In this document: piece after piece, positions 55,566-64,000 of the stretch | Layout of the letters: each line of letters starts with the position of its first letter | Position numbering within the stretch: the first letter of the stretch is position 1 | Assembly (NCBI GenBank): GCA_013239625.1 | Contig: MU054187.1 | Coordinates: 15,454,941-15,518,940, forward strand | DNA: 64,000 nucleotides | Direction: 5' to 3' | From: Lama guanicoe | Lineage: Eukaryota | The notes under the pieces: generated by a model | What the model was told of the DNA's origin: nothing | The model's input: only the letters and a program-made list of their open reading frames with translations | The model's database searches: none | Position numbers and translations under genes: made by a program

Positions 55566-57227
55566 AGCCTATATAGTATGTCCAGTATGGACGGCTGGAT
55601 AGCCAATGACGGGTAAGATCCTCAGAGGAGGACAACCTAAGACAGGCACAGCTGGCTGGATGAGACGTGGCCTACACTAGTGTGTCCAGTGTGGACGGCT
55701 GGGTAGCCAAAGACGGGTAAGATCCTCAGAAGAGGACAACCTAAGACAGGCACGGCCGGCTGGATGAGACGTGGCCTACACTAGTGTGTCCAGTGTGGAT
55801 GGCTGGATAGCCAAAGACGGGTAAGATCCTCAGAGGAGGACAACCTAAGACAGGCACGGCCGGCTGGATCAGAGATGGCCTACGAAATGAGTCCAGTATG
55901 GACGGCTGGGTAGCCAGTGACGGGTAAGATCCTCAGAGGAGGACAACCTAAGACAGGCACAGCCGGCTGGATGAGACGTGGCCTAAAGTGTCCAGAGTGG
56001 ACGGCTGGGTAGCCAATGACGGGTAAGATCCTCAGAGGAGGACAACCTAAGACAGGCACGGCCGGCTGGATGAGACGTGGCCTACACTAGTGTGTCCAGT
56101 GTGGACGGCTGGGTAGCCAAAGACGGGTAAGATCCTCAGAGGAGGACAACCTAAGACAGGCACGGCCGGCTGGATGAGACGTGGCCTACACTAGTGTGTC
56201 CAGTGTGGACGGCTGGGTAGCCAAAGACGGGTAAGATCCTCAGAGGAGGACAACCTAAGACAGGCACAGCCGGCTGGATGAGACGTGGCCTACACTAGTG
56301 TGTCCAGTGTGGACGGCTGGGTAGCCAAAGACGGGTAAGATCCTCAGAGGAGGACAACCTAAGACAGGCACGGCCGGCTGGATGAGACGTGGCCTACACT
56401 AGTGTGTCCAGTGTGGACGGCTGGGTAGCCAAAGACGGGTAAGATCCTCAGAGGAGGACAACCTAAGACAGGCACGGCCGGCTGGATGAGACGTGGCCTA
56501 CACTAGTGTGTCCAGTGTGGACGGCTGGGTAGCCAAAGACGGGTAAGATCCTCAGAGGAGGACAACCTAAGACAGGCACGGCCGGCTGGATGAGACGTGG
56601 CCTACACTAGTGTGTCCAGTGTGGACGGCTGGGTAGCCAAAGACGGGTAAGATCCTCAGAGGAGGACAACCTAAGACAGGCACGGCCGGCTGGATGAGAC
56701 GTGGCCTACACTAGTGTGTCCAGTGTGGACGGCTGGGTAGCCAAAGACGGGTAAGATCCTCAGAGGAGGACAACCTAAGACAGGCACGGCCGGCTGGATG
56801 AGACGTGGCCTACACTAGTGTGTCCAGTGTGGACGGCTGGGTAGCCAGTGACGGGTAAGATCCTCAGAGGAGGACAACCTAAGACAGGCACGGCCGGCTG
56901 GATGAGACGTGGCCTACACTAGTGTGTCCAGTGTGGACGGCTGGGTAGCCAAAGACGGGTAAGATCCTCAGAGGAGGACAACCTAAGACAGGCACGGCCG
57001 GCTGGATGAGACGTGGCCTACACTAGTGTGTCCAGTGTGGACGGCTGGGTAGCCAAAGACGGGTAAGATCCTCAGAGGAGGACAACCTAAGACAGGCACG
57101 GCCGGCTGGATGAGACGTGGCCTACACTAGTGTGTCCAGTGTGGACGGCTGGGTAGCCAAAGACGGGTAAGATCCTCAGAGGAGGACAACCTAAGACAGG
57201 CACAGCCGGCTGGATCAGAAATGGCCT
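55566..57227 (+). repeat. Tandem array of 16 ~104-bp units, each containing a CTE-like (NXF1/TAP-binding) RNA export core; ERV (betaretrovirus-like) derived
   Basis: GACGGGTAAGATC starts at 55608, 55712, 55816, 55919, 56018, 56122, 56226, 56330, 56434, 56538, 56642, 56746, 56850, 56954, 57058, 57162 (period 104, with one 103 and one 99). Unit 1 reads GCTGGATAGCCAATGACGGGTAAGA (55594-55618) and CAACCTAAGACAGGCACAGCT (55633-55653), each one mismatch from the MPMV CTE ends as I recall them. Confidence 0.9.
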
Positions 57228-57529
57228 GCTTAATGAAGTTTTGTGATGAACTTTAAAACAATCTGTCCTTGATCATGTAACATCCTGTGCTACTGCAGGA
57301 GCCTGGGAACCTGGAGCCTGTGAACCTAAATAGCTTACGATTATTAACATTGTTATAACTTAGATGGTAGGTGAGGCATCATGCATGTCCTGTATAATAA
57401 ACCCTTTTACAAGAATCAATAAACAGAGAACTGCTTCACTTCTCTGTGCGTGGTGTTCATGTGTACATGATATCGTGTCACCGACAAGATTGATCAGAGG
57501 ATGTCAAGAAAAGACATCTCGGTGTAACA
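57228..57529 (+). mobile_element. Probable betaretrovirus-like (ERV2/ERVK) LTR distal part (U3 end-R-U5)
   Basis: Follows the CTE array directly. TATAATAAA 57393-57401, AATAAA 57418-57423, a GT-rich tract, inverted repeats (CACCGA/TCGGTG, GATGTC/GACATC), and a ...GTGTAACA end. The 5' LTR end and TSD were not found. Confidence 0.6.
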
Positions 57530-59483
57530 GCTGGTGGAAACTGGAAAATGTAGCAATAAATGTTTATTTCACCATAATTTTGTTCATGGGATATGTCTGG
57601 TGATTTTGGGTACAGTAAACAAAGAGATATGTCTTAAATTATTAGGTGAAGTCTGTATAAAAATATCCCCAAAACGTGTTATAGTAATGAATTACTAGGT
57701 AGACAAATTTACAGAAAATTATAATAGGAGCATTGTAAGAGAATGGGGACTAAGACACCTGTAGATAATACCTGTATGGAGAGAAGTAGCCACCCAATAG
57801 TAAACTTTGTTAATATCATAATACATGACATTTCTCCTTTTAAATAATGTCTACTTTGACTAATCTGACTTTCAAAAAGTCATAGAATTTATTACTCTAA
57901 TTTATGTTCATTAATGCCTTGCACAATTTCAGGCATGTGGAAGCTCAATAAATATATGTTGAATGAGTGAATGAATTACATTATAAACTACATCAATACA
58001 TGTGTACCACAAGTGTTAATTTATCATCCTAGAGACCAAACAATAAGTTGGATTTTTATATTTAGGAAAATAGTGTTAATTTTAAATGAGTCATGAGAGA
58101 GATGAGGTAATTCCTGAGATTTTTTAAGTTAACTCTGAAAAGAGGATAAGTTGAACCTTCTGCTTTCCCAAGGATATGTGGTTCTCATTCAGACAAATCT
58201 ATCTTTATTTTCTCCTGAGTGTATTTTCAAGTTAAACTGTAGAGATTCTTTTCTATTTTAGATGAAAAACTTGCTGAGGCAAGGAAAAATTTAGGCTATT
58301 TTTCTTTTCATTTCAAAGCCTTTCTCTGACAGTCCAAACAGAAGAAAATCAATTAAAAAATCCTTGTTCCAGTTATAGTACATTAATGTCTTAGGCTTTT
58401 GGGAGACTTTAAACATTAGAGCCTTTGTTAATTATAAACAACATTTATTTCTCTATTAAGTGAGTTACAAATGCATTGTTGGGTCCATTTTTAATGAGCA
58501 AGGAAAAATACTACTTAGTGAAATCCATACAGTTCCTCCAGAAGTCTTTTTCTCGCTGATTAGTTATTAAAATTAAAATATAAAATAAAAATATTAAAAT
58601 TATAACCAAGCAAATTAGCCATATGAGAAAATTTAAAAGATAGAATATAATTTTGACAAAATAAGAGTAGTCTTAGAGAATTTTTAATGTGGTATATTCT
58701 GTTTTTACTTCATATCTTTGGTAATTTAAGTACTTTTTTTAGAAGATGATGGAATATATCAAGCTCTACTTAAGGTTACTTTTATATCTCATACAATGGA
58801 TGTTATAAAAACAGTATATATTATTTTTAATTTCCTTATGTATGAGTAATACATTGTTAAGTAATAAATATAATCAAAGGGCAGGAATCTGTGGTTCCAA
58901 GATCTAAGATTTAATACATTTTATAGAAGACAACAGAAAGTAAATTAAATATTCATATCTATTTTATTATAGATAAATACTTGGATCAATTTTACAATTA
59001 AAATTTGTAACTTAGGAAGAAATTTTAAAGATTCAAAAGAAACAAGCTTTGTACCTACAGCTTAGTACATAGTCCAAGAATTCTTCACAAATAATAGTTA
59101 AATTTATAATTTAAAAATAAATGCATGAATGTTGAGAAATATTCCAGAATTTGACTTTGAAAAGTAAAGAAACAAAGTCAAAATTGAAAAACAAACCCCC
59201 AAATTTCCATCCAATGCTACTGTTTAGTCCTCCCACTGTGGAGAATAAAGCTCCACACTAAATTTCTTCTGGCATTAGCTCTCTTTTGGTATTGTCCTTT
59301 TTGTTTAGCTTCCCCAAATAAAAACACAAGTCAATAAAGGCCTCATCCCAGAAGAGCTCCTGAGAGTGAGCAAGAATTAAAGAACAAAAATTGATTTCTC
59401 AAAATGTATGAAGTTACTTTTTAAAGTATATTTTATCTTCCTTCAGCTCAATGATGAAATATAGAATGTGTGTTTTTTAACAG

Positions 59484-59552
59484 ATCACCTATCATAAGCA
59501 GGGAATAGTATTTGTTAAAACTTTTGTAGAATTGGCCAAAGAGAACAAACAA
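59484..59552 (+). CDS. Candidate 69-nt coding exon (ITYHKQGIVFVKTFVELAKENKQ), gene unidentified
   Basis: tgttttttaacag acceptor and CAA|gtgaga donor; only frame 0 is open; phase 0-0; unique sequence. Confidence 0.35.
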
Positions 59553-60753
59553 GTGAGAATGAACATGTCTGTAAAGAAACCCTTATTAGGAATTGATCAG
59601 GTAGAAACTACTTCATCCTCCATTTTTTAGAAGAATGTAAATAATGGTCCAGTTATATAGCCAAGTGAAAATTGACAGTTACATGTACTGTATTCAAAAC
59701 TGCATAAATTGAAAAAGAATGTGCATAAACCTCGCATTCAAAACTTGCTTTGTTAAAAGTTTTTGACCTTGAACTGTACAACATAGTTGTTTGAAATTTT
59801 TCAAGTATAAAATACAACTTTTGATAATGTAGAACTGTCATTTTAGTATTAAAAGATACTATCCAATTATCTTGGTTTGACTTGTAATTTTCAGTTTAGT
59901 TTTGTGATCCTTTTACTCAGTTTGTACTTAAACTTTAAAATAACCACATGTGCTTGAATATTCAGAAGTACATTATTATCTGTGCCTCTTTAAAGAAGTT
60001 AGAGTGATTTTTTTTTCCATCAGAATCTGACCTGTCAATCACTCAACAGACCTTTTTTTTCCTTTTCTGTTGTTCTGTGCCCAAATCCATTATTTCTTGA
60101 TTGTTTGGCTGTTAGCCATCAAAAGCTGAACTCTTACACGGAATAAACCATCAATATTTGTTTTATAAAGTCTCCTTCTTTTATATCAGAATAGTGGATC
60201 ACGTGGTGGAGAAGTGAAATCTCAAGATCACTAGTTAAATATCAAAAACCCCAACCTAAGATGCATTTTTCTAAATGGCACACTTCACTTGGCTTTGAAC
60301 TCCTTTAAGTTTCCAGATTCAATACTTCTGAACCTCTTGTCCACTGAAATATCCAAGAAGTACTGATCTAAGAAAGACCCATCAGCAAGGTTTTAGCCAT
60401 GTGAGTTCTGAATGTGCTCTGCAAGAAAACAGCCACAACCCTGTATCATTCAGCCCAGAAGTTCGTGCTGTTTTTGTTCTGCAGCTCTCTGGAGAATGTT
60501 ATCCATATAAAGCCAAAGTATGCAAACAACCTGGCTTTAATGGGCTTCAGTAGTTGATTTGGGATTAGTTTCCCTTACTTCATCATTTCTAAAAGGTACA
60601 CTTTGAAACACCATGAAATTGAATGAATGTGTTGCTCAATTTTGGTTAAAAAGAGGTGGTTTGCTTTAGGGAAGTGGGCCCAACTGGATCATAGTTAGGA
60701 GGATGTAAAAGTACATTAACAGCAAACTTGCCTGGGAAGTGAAACTTGAGCTT

Positions 60754-60760
<7 letters not shown>

Positions 60761-60788
<28 letters not shown>
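60761..60788. repeat. (TG)14 microsatellite
   Basis: Seen directly. Confidence 0.95.
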
Positions 60789-60794
<6 letters not shown>

Positions 60795-62699
60795 ACTGAC
60801 TCAAATCATAATCTGGTTCAGGTATTTACATTTAAACCTCAGGAAATTTTTTTTTAAATAATCTTAAGTACCTTATATTTTTGTAGAGATACTGAGTATC
60901 TTGAGCATAGTAATGGTTTCATAAGGAATTTATATCCCTGTAATAAACATGACTTTGTCCTTATCAGTTGGATAGGTAACACAAAGTTTGAAGATATGTC
61001 AATATAAAAATTAGATTTTCTATTATATTTATAATATTATCTGTTCTTTACAAAACCTCCCACTCTTTTTATATTGTTTATGTATGTTCTTCATATAAAA
61101 TATGTAGTATATTTTATAAATATAAATTTATATTTATTTTTATAAAATATAGGTGACTTGCCTAAAATTGTGTGAATGTCACTCTGCTGACAAAGTGGGA
61201 CGAGCACTCAGGAGTGTGGAAATTTGGTTCCTATGCTCAGTTTTGCTTCAGAGCAGTTGTTTGACCTAGAGCAAGTCATACATCAGTAGGACCGTCACCA
61301 TGACCATCTTTGTTAAGGTTCACTCTGTCTCAACTGTCCTTTACATATGAAATCACACAAGAAAATTGTACTCATCTTTTGTCTTTCAGAACCTGTCCTT
61401 CCTTAGATGCTTTTTCCAACTATTGTGCCAAACTGATCTGTCCCTTTTACAAATTGACAAAATCATTGTATGTAAATATTAGAAACATCTTACAAAATAA
61501 CATAAGCCTACTTCCTAGTTAAAACAGTTATCCATCCAACCACTTCCACAACAGACTGTGCTTGAATACTAGCATTGATGAGGAGTTTAAAAAATTGGGA
61601 AAAATCCTATTTGAATCTCACAAAAGCCCAACTATTAGGAAGTTCAGACTCAAGTTGCCCAAATTCTGTAGCAGAGCGGAAAGGAAAGTCAGTACACTGC
61701 ATAAGTGGAAACATGCAAATATTCAAGCCAAATATATTTTTTCTTTACATTAACTAAACCACTTTGTTCTCCCCAGAGAATGTCTACCTCTAGACCTCAA
61801 ATATACGTCTTGTCTTTAAATGCAGAATGTATTTGGCTGGTAACCAGATAGGATCTTTGCACTGTAAGGAGGCATTTCCTCTCTTTCAGAATTGGAGCAG
61901 TGAGGGAAGCAAGACATCTGCCTTATACACACACATACACACACACATGCGTGCACATACACACACCTTTAAACCTCCTTCCTATAATAATTTTGCAAAG
62001 TCAGTGCAAGTTGTAAGGAGGGATGTTAAGTTATTTACCCTGCTTTTATGAAATGAACATTTAGAAAATAATTTCTTGAGAAATAAGAAAAAAAGATGGA
62101 AAATAAATCCTAATTGATGACAGACTTTCCCAATCATAAGGAATGCTTGCAACATATATATATTCATGTAACAGCCATTGTGAGAAGTTCTCTTTTGAGC
62201 TAATTTATGATTTTTCTATAATCAAGCACTCTGTCCTATTAAAAACCCAAAATACATTTTAAAATTCTTGACTAAGAGATTTTTGTTTATCTAATTTTAG
62301 TTATTTTAATTAGGTTTTGTTTTCCCAAACCTTTATAGAAATGTTCTTGGCTCTGCCAATTTGTGCTGGTAAATTTGGAGGTACTTTTTCCAAAAGAAAA
62401 TCTGTGTTTGGTTTTATGAGTAAGCATTTTCCCAAGATTTGAAAAAGGACTCCAGTCATACAGCAAAATAATTTTGCGAGGAAAAATGAACATATTGTCA
62501 AATTAAGTCATTACACAAACCTATAATGCTGAGGAAAAAGTTGTATCTTATTTCCCATTTTATCTCATTGTCTTATTAGAAAGATTTACGTCTGTAATAT
62601 AAAGAAAAAAATATGTCTGAAAGTTACAGGGATCAGTAAAATACAGTTTATCTTTGAGAATTTTTATTTTTAAGAAAATAATGAAAAACAATTTGCAGT

Positions 62700-63110
62700 C
62701 ATTAACACAATAAAAAAATTTTCATGCTTTGCGTCCCAGAATTTATATTTCTAGGAAATCTTTCAGATATATGCACAAAAAGATAGATACAGAAATGTTT
62801 ATTGCAACATTACTGATAAAAACAAAAGAATAGTTACAAATTGAAATTCCTCTGTTACAGATTAAAATTCCATCAAGAAGGATTAGATGAAATGTAAGAT
62901 GGGAAATTGCATATCTGTGAAAATGAATGAACTAAAATTAATGTATCAAAAATAAAATGTAATAATAATTGTAAAATAAGATGATATAAAAATGTGTGGT
63001 ACTGCTTATGTATATTTATAACAAAACACAAAAATACATGCTCTTCAAGAGTACACATACATGTATATGCAAATATGTTGAAAGATTGCAAGAGTGTATA
63101 TACTAAGTGT
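62700..63110 (+). mobile_element. L1ME-like 3' remnant
   Basis: tttctaggaaatc...gaaatgtttattgcaacatt. Confidence 0.6.
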
Positions 63111-63399
63111 ATATAAGAACTATTGGCGTTTTAAGGATTTGTCCAAGACTTCTAGATCTGAATTCATTTATGAGGATGCTGAGTTTAGTGATGAAGCCAG
63201 AGGTAGATCCCAGGATTCTGTGAAATGTTGGCTGAAGTAAGACACTATCATGAGTCTTCTCTTTATACAACTACGCTATTCTATAGCTAGATCCAACTTA
63301 CTGCTTGAGGAAAACTCATGTTATTTTTCAAAAATAACCAAGAAGAGCTATTGCTGTTTTGAAATCTCTATAACACCTAACCATTTTTTTTTTTAGTCT

Positions 63400-63990
63400 G
63401 TAAATTGAGATTGGAGTTTCCCCCAAATTTTGGTTTGAACTTGATTGAACTTTAACACACATAAAGTGTTTCTCTTCTGTGTTCCCCAGGCCCACATGGA
63501 GAACTTACTAGGCATTGTTACAAATGTAGTGCCTCCCCATCTCCCAGCTCCTGGAGCTCATTCCTTGTGTGGGATGATTCATCTACTATGTGAACTCTGG
63601 GTTAAAGGGTAATTTTCACAACCTAGCTCCCTTGTGGAAGATGAAGAGGTTACCTCTGTCAGCTAGGATGCTGGCACATGTCTGAAGCTCCATCATATGA
63701 CACTTTTGCCAGGGGCTTTGAGTACTGAACATGTGGCTCCAGGCAGGGTCAATGAAAGGACAAGATCATCACAGAAGGTTTGGTGATACCTGGGACTCTT
63801 TCAGTAACAGCAAAATTCTCAATAAAGCCTGCAGAGACAGCGGAAATTGACCGCATAACATGAGTAACAGCAGCCCTTTGGATTGTGCTATTTGTGAGCC
63901 AAGTTCTTTGACTGCATTTCTGTGAATAAACTTTTCTTCTAAAATTCCTTGGAGTTGCTATCTGTTGCTTGCGACCAAAAAGTGAGATCT
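63400..63990 (+). mobile_element. Old ERVL/MaLR-class LTR
   Basis: AATAAA followed by tctgttgcttgcgaccaaaaag, an ERVL/MaLR-type U5 end. Confidence 0.45.
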
Positions 63991-64000
63991 ATTAAACTTT

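Noticed and set aside
56164..56235. HDV-like or hammerhead ribozyme in the repeat (GGCCGGC...GGCTGGG; CTGGATGAG)
   Set aside because: No P3/L3/P2 pseudoknot can be built and there is no CUGAUGA...GAAA core; the CTE match explains the sequence far better
55566..57227. CRISPR-like array
   Set aside because: Whole units repeat with no unique spacers, there are no cas genes, and the context is mammalian
57532..57549. Primer-binding site after the putative LTR end (TGGTGGAAAC...)
   Set aside because: Only about 7 nt match a tRNA 3' end, it is not a Lys PBS, and no gag leader follows

Overview
AT-rich mammalian DNA, almost certainly camelid, judged from a Vic-1-like tRNA-derived SINE and artiodactyl-type L1 3' ends. 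It is intronic or intergenic in character and dominated by decayed L1, L2, MIR, MaLR/ERVL LTR and MER5 remnants. No intact gene is recognisable; only a few weak candidate exons on each strand. The standout is 55566-57227, a near-homogeneous array of 16 GC- and CpG-rich ~104-bp units. Every unit carries both conserved strands of the betaretroviral (MPMV/SRV-type) constitutive transport element, the NXF1/TAP-binding RNA export motif (GCCAATGACGGGTAAGA ... CAACCTAAGACAGGC), joined by a short hairpin. The array is followed by a betaretrovirus-like TATA/AATAAA/U5 segment and is fused upstream to a truncated L1. It looks like a natural 16x CTE multimer. Repeat-family names come from recalled consensus sequences, not a database search, and boundaries of old repeats are approximate.
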